Shown here piece by piece: positions 1-7,485 of a stretch of DNA of 20,525 nucleotides. The stretch is taken from the UHGV virus genome UHGV-2123520; one strand, given 5' to 3'. Positions within the stretch are counted from its first letter, which is position 1. Every line of letters begins with the position of its first letter. The notes under the pieces are model-generated. The model was not told where the DNA came from. It did no database searches and worked only from the letters and a program-made list of their open reading frames with translations. The position numbers and the translations under genes were made by a program. This stretch comes from a virus.

Positions 1-273
1 TTAGTTATTTCTTTGCCTATTTGTTCTTACTTTCTCCCATTCAATTCTGCCTTCTTCTCGCCGTTGGTCTATATACTCAGCAAGATCCTGAATGTTGATA
101 CAGCGCTTCGCTTTCTGTGATGTTCCTACACGGTAAGTCGGGATCGGCAACTGACAGGCATTTGCTTTCGCTTCTGCTGTGTTAGGGCTCATACCGAAAT
201 ACTTTTGGCATACCGCTGACAGCTCGATGTTAGGCGTGTTGAACTCAGCCATAAGTAAAAACAAAGTATTCAT
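1..273 (-). CDS. Excisionase-like small DNA-binding protein (Xis/PrtN-like)
   Basis: 90-aa ORF whose stop codon is at positions 1-3; it is the last gene of the leftward operon, where xis sits in lambdoid phages; sequence resembles small PrtN/Xis-type proteins as recalled, not verified by search. Confidence 0.45.
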   Translation of the reverse strand: MNTLFLLMAEFNTPNIELSAVCQKYFGMSPNTAEAKANACQLPIPTYRVGTSQKAKRCINIQDLAEYIDQRREEGRIEWEKVRTNRQRNN

Positions 274-344
274 AGACGTTCTCCATACAACCTGGCTGCA
301 CCCAGGGGAAATTACAGGTCTCTGCTGGTGGCCGGAATCAACTT

Positions 345-893
345 CTACCAGATCGCGGACACGTATTTTGCTTGATGTCGCGCATCGGCCAGTGCGTTAT
401 GTGCAACCCCATCGAATGGCATATCTCGCTTTGGATCGAAACCCACAACTCTGCCTAATGTGACGATGGTTCTGACGTCGTGATCGTTCCAAAATTGCCA
501 CGGGCAAACCTGGCCGGCGCGCTCATATGCGCCGCGCAATATAACGTTGTCGAAAGTAGCTCCATTGCCCCAAACTTTTAAATATTTTGGGTTATCAGAA
601 TGCCGATTAATGAAATGGCTCAGTTCAGATAGGGCAGACGATATCGGCATCGCATCATCAACACAGATTGCTGATCGCGCTTCTGAGCTTTGTCTTAACC
701 ACCACAGAATAGTGTCACCATCCGGCACCGCTCCCTGCTCCATAGCGCTTTCAAGGTTAACGGCGGTGTAAAACTCCTGACCCAGTTCACCGCTTTGCGG
801 ATCGAAGAACACGGCACCAATGGAGACGATAGGGGCATTCGGTCTTTTGCCCATGGACTCAAGGTCGATCATTAAATTGTTCACGTTATACAT
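345..893 (-). CDS. DnaQ-like 3'-5' exonuclease (DEDD family)
   Basis: N-terminal LMIDLESMG is an Exo-I D-x-E motif, with later H and D motifs. Start chosen at ATG 893-891, preceded by AGGAGA; this ATG overlaps the TAA of the upstream gene. The longest ORF extends to 950. Confidence 0.7.
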   Translation of the reverse strand: MYNVNNLMIDLESMGKRPNAPIVSIGAVFFDPQSGELGQEFYTAVNLESAMEQGAVPDGDTILWWLRQSSEARSAICVDDAMPISSALSELSHFINRHSDNPKYLKVWGNGATFDNVILRGAYERAGQVCPWQFWNDHDVRTIVTLGRVVGFDPKRDMPFDGVAHNALADARHQAKYVSAIW

Positions 894-1590
894 TCTCCTG
901 CTGCGGTGCTGCTGCGAGCATAGCTCTATACGTCGGGTTAATTGCATCATGTTCGTTCATTGCGTCCCAGCCAGCTTTATTCATCGCTGCTGTAGGTTCT
1001 TTCGGAACCAATTGCCAACCATCCGGAGTTACCGGAGAGTTGCCAGCCTGAAGCATGGCGGCGCGGCAGGCGTTAAATCCATAGATATACGCCCCCTCTT
1101 TCGTCAGTGCTTTGACGTACGCAGGTGCTTCTTTGCATTCCTCCGGCACCACCGGCGCTCTCGGTCTGCCCTGCCTATCTGACGGCGCTAACGGAGCGTT
1201 AGTCAGTGCAGAGGCCAGCATTTCAATATCCGGCTGGGCTGGCTTCGGCAACATCGCTTTAATTGCTTCGATACCTGCATCATGTTCGGCTCGCTGTTCC
1301 GGCGTCATGGCTTCCAGTTCAGCGTAATAGTCAGCACGGCGTCGCAATGCGTCCAGTACGCACTGAGTGCGCACACCTTTGCCGAATTTAAGACCCGTCT
1401 CAAGATGCACTGGACATGGTAGAGTCGACGGAATGGATAGCACCCCATCAATCACCTTCACAGCATCAGCAATTGCGTATCCGAGATTGCCGCCGTCGCT
1501 TTGTGCTGATGCTTTGCTGAGTATTTCGCGTATCTGGTGCAGGCGATCGAGTGATACAGGACCGTGCGCCGGGTGGTTGTTAGTTGTCAT
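886..1590 (-). CDS. Hypothetical prophage early protein
   Basis: 235-aa ORF in the coupled leftward operon; start at ATG 1590 forms an ATGA overlap with the stop of the upstream gene; no recognisable motif. Confidence 0.5.
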   Translation of the reverse strand: MTTNNHPAHGPVSLDRLHQIREILSKASAQSDGGNLGYAIADAVKVIDGVLSIPSTLPCPVHLETGLKFGKGVRTQCVLDALRRRADYYAELEAMTPEQRAEHDAGIEAIKAMLPKPAQPDIEMLASALTNAPLAPSDRQGRPRAPVVPEECKEAPAYVKALTKEGAYIYGFNACRAAMLQAGNSPVTPDGWQLVPKEPTAAMNKAGWDAMNEHDAINPTYRAMLAAAPQQENV

Positions 1591-1913
1591 GCTGCCCATC
1601 CTCTGCGTTGATGGCCCAGCGCGTAACGCGCTTCTATCGGGTCTTCTTCTTCGTATTCACAATTGACGCTTTTAACCATTGCCACACAGCACTCGTTGCA
1701 GCACCGATATGACATGAGTTCGCCGTCGAATTTCCACGTCGTACTACGATGGCTTTCACCCTTTAAAATTTCGCCAGCGCAAATGTGACATTTGTATTCA
1801 CCGCGAGAGGTAACAATTTTGTTCGATAGTTCGGTATCGCATGGCGTACCGAAATCACCTTCAAAAAGGTCAAAGTCCAGTGCGTCGTCTAAATCCTGTT
1901 TGTTAGTTGTCAT
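1587..1913 (-). CDS. Cys-rich hypothetical protein (possible zinc-binding)
   Basis: 108-aa ORF with clustered cysteines (CHIC, CCNECC); stop overlaps next gene start. Confidence 0.5.
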   Translation of the reverse strand: MTTNKQDLDDALDFDLFEGDFGTPCDTELSNKIVTSRGEYKCHICAGEILKGESHRSTTWKFDGELMSYRCCNECCVAMVKSVNCEYEEEDPIEARYALGHQRRGWAA

Positions 1914-2287
1914 GCCGTAGCCCCTTCTTGATACTGCTCAAACCAGAACACAACTGGCGCGTTAGTCTGTTTAACCAGGCCAAATGATTCCGCTGTGCGG
2001 TAACTTCTTGACGCACGGCGAGTTACATCAACCTGAGTGGCTATGCGGCTGCGAAAGTCTTCTACTGTGCTGCACATTTTGAACAAGTTACATGGAATGC
2101 ATGCTGGAACCATGTTGCTGACCGTGTCATTTTCTGGCCTGTCCATTGCGTAGCCGTTGCTGATATTTCTTCGTACCGCTTCTACATGGTCTGCATGCCA
2201 TTTTTCGCCAAGTTCGCAGCCACAATAAGCACAGCGACCACCGAATTTCATACGCAGCTCTGCGCGTTGTTTCTTCGTGAGTGCCAT
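1910..2287 (-). CDS. HNH endonuclease
   Basis: CAYCGC ... HADHVEAV ... ACIPCN: C-x2-C, H-x-D-H, C-x2-C spacing characteristic of the HNH (His-Me finger) nuclease fold. Confidence 0.7.
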   Translation of the reverse strand: MALTKKQRAELRMKFGGRCAYCGCELGEKWHADHVEAVRRNISNGYAMDRPENDTVSNMVPACIPCNLFKMCSTVEDFRSRIATQVDVTRRASRSYRTAESFGLVKQTNAPVVFWFEQYQEGATA

Positions 2288-2288
2288 G

Positions 2289-2600
2289 TCATTTCCCTTT
2301 CTCTTTCAGCAGTGACGCCCTAGTTTCTGGAGAGGGATGTCGGTAATTAAGCAACTCCTCTGGCATCTTCATCATTTTGCCTTCCCCGGTAAGGGCTTGA
2401 ACGCGGCAACCCTTCACCCCAAATGCTGACGTATTAATGGTTTCGTCGTATTGGTTTAGCAGTTCAGCCATCTTCTCTTGCCATTCCTTCGGCATTTGCA
2501 TCATTGCTACGCGAGGCATCACCAGAAACGCTGCATAGGAAAGGCCGAACCAAAGGTGCAAATCTTTACGGTCGTCATAGTCTTCGTGTTTCATACTCAC
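2289..2600 (-). CDS. Hypothetical prophage early protein
   Basis: 103-aa ORF; 1-nt gap to downstream gene and 4-nt overlap with upstream gene; no recognised motif. Confidence 0.5.
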   Translation of the reverse strand: MSMKHEDYDDRKDLHLWFGLSYAAFLVMPRVAMMQMPKEWQEKMAELLNQYDETINTSAFGVKGCRVQALTGEGKMMKMPEELLNYRHPSPETRASLLKEKGK

Positions 2601-3178
2601 TCCCCCTTCACGCCAATGCCAGCGTCTTCTATCGACTTAATTACCGCGCTACGATACGTTTCTTCACGAAATACAATACGATTATTAAAACTCAACCAGA
2701 ATTCATCGTTAGATATCCTTGGAACGCATACCTTTCGTGCTTCCAGTTCAACAATCCGCTGGCGTAATGCTGCTATTTCCATCTCGGCGGCGTCAGCGTA
2801 GTGAACGTTTTCATGTTCAAGTGGTGGTAAATCCGGCGCAGTGACGCCAAACAATTTCGCCAGCGCGCGATAATTAAGCTCGCCGTGATAGCGCCCTTTG
2901 CAGCGAACCAGTTTCTCAGCAGCAGTAACAATCGCGATTTGTTCTGCTATGCGCCTCTCTGCGGCTTCCAGCTCATCCAGCAGCGCCAGCACGGTGGCGG
3001 GGTTAGCGGCGGCGATGAATGCTGCATCGCGCGTTTCATTTTCACTGAATACCATGGCTATTTGCTCATTATTCACGCCATTAGTGGAGTAAACCTCATC
3101 GTCGAACTCAACGACCCACTGACCTTGAGTTGCCTTCTCCGCCGCTTCACGCAGCGCCTGTTTGTTGAGTGCTGTCAT
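2597..3178 (-). CDS. Ead/Ea22-like protein
   Basis: N-terminus MTALNKQALREAAEKATQG and ANPATVLALLDELEAAERR match the recalled signature of Ea22-like early proteins of lambdoid prophages; not verified by search. Confidence 0.55.
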   Translation of the reverse strand: MTALNKQALREAAEKATQGQWVVEFDDEVYSTNGVNNEQIAMVFSENETRDAAFIAAANPATVLALLDELEAAERRIAEQIAIVTAAEKLVRCKGRYHGELNYRALAKLFGVTAPDLPPLEHENVHYADAAEMEIAALRQRIVELEARKVCVPRISNDEFWLSFNNRIVFREETYRSAVIKSIEDAGIGVKGE

Positions 3179-3429
3179 TGGGCTGCTCCCTGTCTGGCGC
3201 TATTCAATAGCTGGTTAAACATCATGGTTAGGCTGTTACTGCACCCAAACGGCATATCGTTAACACGGTATGTTGGAATGCCCTTGCGAACACCAGACTT
3301 CACGATCCGGCCTGTGCCATAGAGTTGCGATAATGCTCCGGCGACCGCTGGCGTCGTTTTGTTCATGCCTTTGGCGATTTCACCGCTGGTGGTATTTGGA
3401 TGAGCCTGGAGATATTCAAATACGGTCAT
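3175..3429 (-). CDS. Small hypothetical protein (possible winged-helix)
   Basis: 84-aa ORF, ATGA overlap with upstream small ORF. Confidence 0.45.
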   Translation of the reverse strand: MTVFEYLQAHPNTTSGEIAKGMNKTTPAVAGALSQLYGTGRIVKSGVRKGIPTYRVNDMPFGCSNSLTMMFNQLLNSARQGAAQ

Positions 3430-3593
3430 GGCGTTTTACCTTTACGTTCCTGTTCCAGTTGCACCAGAGACTCTTTTAATGCTGCGAACGTAGCTTCCAG
3501 TCTGGTGGCGACTTCGCGCATAAGCGGTGCATGCTTTGGTGGCAATTCAGCAACGGAGGCAAAAGCCTCCGCTACGAGTTCTTTTACCTTCAT
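3426..3593 (-). CDS. Small hypothetical ORF (55 aa), below ORF-track threshold
   Basis: ATG 3593-3591 overlaps the TGA of the HD-domain gene (ATGA) and its own TGA overlaps the ATG at 3429; it fills an otherwise uncovered gap in a tightly coupled operon. Translation MKVKELVAEAFASVAELPPKHAPLMREVATRLEATFAALKESLVQLEQERKGKTP. Confidence 0.35.
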   Translation of the reverse strand: MKVKELVAEAFASVAELPPKHAPLMREVATRLEATFAALKESLVQLEQERKGKTP

Positions 3594-4129
3594 GCGGCGC
3601 ATTGGCGCTGCTCCATCAATTCGTTGAAGCGATTAATGAACATGCCATATGACTGGCCTGGACGAACTGGGTTGATGATGAATAGATCCGTTGGGACAAC
3701 TCCTTCGAGGCAAGGCCACACGGAACCTTCGTCAATCTCAAAATCGCGGCGTTCGCTGGCAAGCATCACCAGATCGGCATATTTCACGGTTGGGTGTTGC
3801 CCCATCGGTAGGCCAAATTTCTGGCGAATAGCTGCGTCTACACGAGCTTCGATCACCTGGTAATCAGGCAACAGGCGCTTAAGCGGTGAGGGGATGTCCT
3901 GTAGGTAGGCTTCGGCGGCATCATGAAGCAGGGCTTCTAATGCAAACTCCTGCGGAACGAGGTGGCTGGTTAAAACGCTATGTTGGCCGACGCTGTAAAA
4001 CTCAGGAAGATGCCCTGCAAAGCGGCAGATATGAGACAACGCGGTAGCGATATCTTCGATCACGATATCGTCCTGTTGGATATCGAGGTAATTAAAGTGT
4101 TTGCCGGATAATGTCTGAATGTAACTCAT
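3590..4129 (-). CDS. HD-domain phosphohydrolase (YfbR/YfdR-like 5'-deoxynucleotidase family)
   Basis: H...HD...D motif series (SVGQHSVL, LLHDAAEAYLQDIPSPLK) typical of YfbR-type HD nucleotidases. Start placed at ATG 4129 (MSYIQTL); the ORF-track start at 4156 is a GTG. Confidence 0.6.
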   Translation of the reverse strand: MSYIQTLSGKHFNYLDIQQDDIVIEDIATALSHICRFAGHLPEFYSVGQHSVLTSHLVPQEFALEALLHDAAEAYLQDIPSPLKRLLPDYQVIEARVDAAIRQKFGLPMGQHPTVKYADLVMLASERRDFEIDEGSVWPCLEGVVPTDLFIINPVRPGQSYGMFINRFNELMEQRQCAA

Positions 4130-4236
4130 GGTTTTCTCAATATTGGCGCGCTGCACCGCGCCATTAAATTAATGAATTGCTGAATTTAGCGTGCAGCAAC
4201 CCAACCCATGCTTATAGGGTAATTGTTGCCTGGTGT

Positions 4237-5154
4237 TTATCGCTTGGCTTCGCCGCCGAGAGAGGTCGTTAATCCGTTAATGAGAGAGATAAGCTCGCCG
4301 GTCATTAGAACAAAGTCAGCGTCGAACCGCTGAGCCGCATCCTCACGGTCGATATCGTCGTTTTGTTCAGTAATCTCATTAGAGAACTTAAGGCGTTTGA
4401 TGCTGCCGTCATCGCAAAGAACGAACTGAATGCGCTGTTGCCAGTCGATAGACAGCTTTGTAACTACTTTGCCAGCTTCCAGATGCACATGAATTTCGTC
4501 ACTGACCAGAGTCTGTTTTTTAAAGCGTCCAATACCGCCATCTTCAAGAATAGCTTTCAGCTCGGCTTCATCACCCAGGCCAAAGCCAGCAGGCGCACTA
4601 CCGGAACGAACCCATTCGGTCATAGTTAGTTCGATCGGCGTTTCCATAGTCAGCGGTACCACCGGGAGAGAACCGAGAGTTTTACGAAGCAGGGCCAGTG
4701 AGTCTTCGGCACGTTTAGCGCTGGCTGCATCAACCATGATCAGACCGTCGGTGACGTTGATCCACAAACTAACAGTCGAGTTTTTGGAGAACGCCCGAGG
4801 AAGCAGGGAGTGCAACACTTCATCACGCAGCGAATCTTTCTCAGTTTTTTTGAGGCGACGCCCCTGATCGGATTCCAGACGCGACACACGCTTGCGCAGT
4901 TCTTCAGCAATGACAGGAGATGGCAGTATTTTTTCTTCCCGGCGAATAACCAACAACACTTGATTATTGACAGTGTGATGCAAGCGATCTGACAGCTGAC
5001 CAAGTGGTGATACCCAACCGGTTTTTGCCATATCCTGGCTACCGCATGGAGTGAAGCGAAATAGTTCAAGCTGCTGTTCCAGCTCTTCCTGGTTGATGGT
5101 GAAATCGCGACTAAGGCGATACACCAACATATTTTTGAAAAACGGATTGTTCAT
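4237..5154 (-). CDS. rdgC: Recombination-associated protein RdgC homologue
   Basis: Full-length colinear similarity to E. coli RdgC as recalled ([69 protein letters not shown]); GAGGAA RBS 6 nt upstream. Confidence 0.8.
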   Translation of the reverse strand: MNNPFFKNMLVYRLSRDFTINQEELEQQLELFRFTPCGSQDMAKTGWVSPLGQLSDRLHHTVNNQVLLVIRREEKILPSPVIAEELRKRVSRLESDQGRRLKKTEKDSLRDEVLHSLLPRAFSKNSTVSLWINVTDGLIMVDAASAKRAEDSLALLRKTLGSLPVVPLTMETPIELTMTEWVRSGSAPAGFGLGDEAELKAILEDGGIGRFKKQTLVSDEIHVHLEAGKVVTKLSIDWQQRIQFVLCDDGSIKRLKFSNEITEQNDDIDREDAAQRFDADFVLMTGELISLINGLTTSLGGEAKR

Positions 5155-5827
5155 TCTCGGTTCCTCAACGCCTCTGCACCGGCGCTAAAAAGTTAGTTTC
5201 TCCATACACAACAGAGAAGGGCACCTGCATTGGTCGGCGGCTTGCAGAGACCGCTTTCTTTTTGCCCGGGTGGATTGGGTTATGAGCCCGTCGCCCGGTG
5301 ATGCCCTTTTCTGTTGCGTAAAAAGGGCGGTACCGAGGTAGAACATTATCTTCGGCCCCCTTGCATAAGGTTGAAGACCCTGGTACCGCCAAGACTACAC
5401 ACAGCAATACTGGAACTACGGTTATCACGGTCCTAAGCGTGATTTGGTTGTGGTGGCCGGTGCTGCGATATTCCGGCATGGGTTGATTACCAGTGACGCA
5501 CCCTTTCGGGACACTCCCTCACGGTTTAGCGCATCAGCCTGCGCATTCACCACAACGAAGAGAGCACTGCCGGTGTCCGAATTGAACGGACCTTTTCGTT
5601 GCCCATCACCGCCATCTGTATAGCGGTGGCAGGGATTGAACCTGCCGTTATGCCTTGCTCGTCAATGCTCTCGTCGTTGCGCCCTGAAAAAGGCTGGCGG
5701 TTACCGGACAAGTGGGAAAACACCGGGCCGCCAGAACAGGGAGTTACTTGTTATTGCTTTGGCCTGCTTTTAACCACATCAGGCGCGGTGGTATCTTGGT
5801 GTTCTCACACAACCAAGAGGGATGTTT

Positions 5828-6025
5828 ATGGGCGCTTTTGATAACCAGGAAATTACGTTACCCGCATGCCCTAAGTGCGGCGCTAAGACGAAGAAGAAAA
5901 TCGCTTGGCTCAAGTCGAACAAAAGTTTCACTTGTCGATGTGGAGCCACTATCAATGTCAACAGCAGCCAGCTTACTTCCGAAATCAGGAAGGTTGAGGA
6001 CAAGCTGAAGAAGCTCTTTAAATAG
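5828..6025 (+). CDS. Small zinc-ribbon protein (65 aa), function unknown
   Basis: CPKCG...x18...CRCG motif and a lysine-rich C-terminus; AAGAGGG RBS 6-7 nt before ATG 5828 (the ORF-track ATG at 5822 abuts the RBS); followed by a plus-strand hairpin plus T-run at 6053-6085. Overlaps an antiparallel ORF, so only one may be real. Confidence 0.45.
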   Translation: MGAFDNQEITLPACPKCGAKTKKKIAWLKSNKSFTCRCGATINVNSSQLTSEIRKVEDKLKKLFK

Positions 6026-6223
6026 TTTTTTATCGACTGATATTATTTCGTTATCAGGGGTTGGTTTTTCAGCCTCTGATTTTTTAGTCAGGATCATTTT
6101 TTCTACACATGTGACTACGCATTCCGAACAGATAGCAGGTTCGTCCTTACCACCTTTTGCGACGATCTTCATCGCTACCAGTTCGGTTGCTCCACAAAAT
6201 GAGCATGTGAATAAATGATTCAT
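5858..6223 (-). CDS. ORF with N-terminal ClpX-type C4 zinc finger (121 aa), function unknown
   Basis: CSFCG-x21-CSECVVTC resembles the ClpX N-terminal zinc-binding domain; GAGGT RBS 4 nt before ATG 6223; it is the first ORF downstream of the OL/pL-like region. The C-terminal half is antisense to the 5828-6025 ORF and contains the plus-strand terminator hairpin, so its true extent is uncertain. Confidence 0.35.
   Translation of the reverse strand: MNHLFTCSFCGATELVAMKIVAKGGKDEPAICSECVVTCVEKMILTKKSEAEKPTPDNEIISVDKKLFKELLQLVLNLPDFGSKLAAVDIDSGSTSTSETFVRLEPSDFLLRLSAALRACG
6053..6085 (+). terminator. Putative rho-independent terminator after the small zinc-ribbon ORF
   Basis: atcagggg (6053-6060) pairs with cctctgat (6073-6080) with one G-U pair, 12-nt loop, followed by ttttt (6081-6085). 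Confidence 0.4.
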
Positions 6224-6347
6224 GTAAACCTCTGCCCCTAACCTTAGTTTTCTGTCAGCGAATCATCCGGTCATTCATACGCCACCGGCGGCTACTTCGT
6301 GGGCGTCCTGCCTGTTCGCTGTTGATGTGAATAACGATAAATCTAAA

Positions 6348-6387
6348 TTGCGTATTGCGCAAGTAATAAATTGCGTAAAATGCAATT
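6348..6387. promoter_or_regulatory. OL-like operator cluster and probable leftward early promoter
   Basis: ttgcgtattgcgcaa (6348-6362) and the dyad aattgc-N7-gcaatt (6369-6387) share the TTGCG...CGCAA motif seen at OR; the region lies just downstream of the cI terminator, as OL/pL does in lambda. Confidence 0.5.
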
Positions 6388-6396
6388 GTCATGGCG

Positions 6397-6420
6397 AAAA
6401 AAAACCGCCTGACTGGCGGT
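6397..6420 (-). terminator. Rho-independent terminator downstream of the repressor gene
   Basis: On the minus strand: stem accgcc / ggcggt with a 5-nt loop followed by eight T; 20 nt beyond the cI stop at 6440. Confidence 0.6.
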
Positions 6421-6439
6421 TTCTGAAAGGATATATAGA

Positions 6440-7132
6440 CTAGGCGTGGCGTTTAAATGACTGAGATTGGCTTATCATTACTTTCCCGTAGACATAAAAA
6501 CGATGCTCATTCGATTTATCGACAGACCACTCTCGATATTTTGGGTTATCTGATATTACTAGCAATTGGTCTGGTATCATCTGCAAACGCTTAACATATA
6601 TTTTGTCATCAAAACCAAATACATATATACCATCGCCGTCGAATTCATGTATTGAAATATCAACGAAAATCAGGTCGCCAGGCTCAATAGTCTCTGCCAT
6701 GCTATCGCCACGAACGTTGATTACCTTCACTTGCTCAGCTGCCCGACCACCGAACATGGATAAAGCACGCTCGTTGTTGTATTCGATGGATCTGATGACA
6801 TCTATAACGTCGCTACCTTGAATAAAGCCTCCGCCAGCGCTAGCGCTAACATCAAGAATTTCCACTCTAAACACCGAGTCATCTCCAATATGTGGGGCTG
6901 TTACACTGTTTTTATATACAGTAGTTGCATTTCCACTAGGAGTAAATAGCTCAGCGACACTAACGCCTAAAGCTTCAGCATATTTACTAAGTGATTGTTC
7001 AGTAAATGACTTCTGCTTGCCGGTTTCAAGGCGAGAGATATTTGCGCCGTCGACACCGACAGCCTCTGCAAGATCAGCGATTTTCAGGCCCTTCGCAGTG
7101 CGAAGTTCTCTTATGCGGTTTCCAATATTCAT
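6440..7132 (-). CDS. CI-like phage repressor (XRE HTH plus S24 LexA-type peptidase domain)
   Basis: N-terminal HTH (IRELRTAKGLKIADLAEAVGVDGANISRLETGK), C-terminal RGDSM serine motif and downstream KR typical of autocleaving S24 repressors. Start placed at ATG 7132 (MNIGNRIRELR); the ORF track extends to 7195 through implausible N-terminal sequence. Confidence 0.8.
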   Translation of the reverse strand: MNIGNRIRELRTAKGLKIADLAEAVGVDGANISRLETGKQKSFTEQSLSKYAEALGVSVAELFTPSGNATTVYKNSVTAPHIGDDSVFRVEILDVSASAGGGFIQGSDVIDVIRSIEYNNERALSMFGGRAAEQVKVINVRGDSMAETIEPGDLIFVDISIHEFDGDGIYVFGFDDKIYVKRLQMIPDQLLVISDNPKYREWSVDKSNEHRFYVYGKVMISQSQSFKRHA

Positions 7133-7152
7133 GCGCCTATTACATGTTGTTT

Positions 7153-7216
7153 TTGCGTGATGTGCAAAGCAACTTGCGCAAGTCGTATGTTCCAATTAAT
7201 ATGCGTATTACGCAAT
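7153..7216. promoter_or_regulatory. OR-like operator cluster with divergent promoters between cI and cro
   Basis: Three dyads in the 97-bp intergenic region: ttgcgtgatgtgcaa (7153-7167), perfect 12-bp palindrome acttgcgcaagt (7172-7183), and tgcgta-t-tacgca within 7201-7216. Confidence 0.55.
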
Positions 7217-7229
7217 TAAAGGAGGGTAT

Positions 7230-7475
7230 ATGCAATCACCGTTACGAATCTTGCGTAAATCGCAAGGTATGACTCTTTCATATGTCGCAAAAGGTGTCGA
7301 TATCGACCCGGGAAATCTAAGTCGGATAGAGCGAGGACAGCAAATTGCTTCCCTGGATATAGCTGAGCGACTAGTCAGCTTCTTTTCAGGAAAAATCAAT
7401 GAGCTAGAAATTCTTTACCCGCATCGATATTCGAACTGTACAGGTGCGAATACAGATACAAAACCACAGAACTAA
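7230..7475 (+). CDS. Cro-like XRE-family HTH regulator
   Basis: 81-aa ORF divergent from cI; HTH LSYVAKGVDIDPGNLSRIERGQ; AGGAGGG RBS 3 nt upstream of ATG. Confidence 0.7.
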   Translation: MQSPLRILRKSQGMTLSYVAKGVDIDPGNLSRIERGQQIASLDIAERLVSFFSGKINELEILYPHRYSNCTGANTDTKPQN

Positions 7476-7485
7476 GGAGTAAGCC

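Noticed and set aside
4150-4197. Inverted repeat gctgcac...gtgcagc between the rdgC stop and the HD-domain gene
   Set aside because: 7-bp arms with a 34-nt loop and no T-run; probably weak or incidental, and it overlaps the alternative GTG start of the HD gene.
5165-5479. 104-aa minus-strand ORF inside the non-coding block
   Set aside because: Translation is low-complexity and protein-unlike (VITVVPVLLCVVLAVPGSS...), with no RBS or coupling to neighbours.
5575-5646. Possible tRNA or tmRNA gene suggested by two T-arm-like hairpins (GGCAGG-TTCAATC-CCTGCC and GTCCG-TTCAATT-CGGAC on the minus strand)
   Set aside because: No complementary acceptor-stem 5' strand, D-arm or anticodon arm at tRNA spacing, and no CCA; the sequence next to the first hairpin pairs with itself instead. 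Kept only as part of the structured non-coding finding.
5666-5694. Lambda-like nut site (boxA tgctctcg plus boxB gccctgaaaaaggc)
   Set aside because: boxB is one G short of a 5-bp stem and boxA matches only 5 of 8 positions; the element is on the plus strand, opposite to the leftward early operon. Noted as a resemblance, not annotated.
5599-6008. Listed ORFs 5599..5841(+), 5712..6008(+), 5779..6003(-)
   Set aside because: They overlap each other and the better-supported 5828-6025 ORF, lack RBSs and have arbitrary-looking composition; the last is the antisense of the zinc-ribbon ORF.
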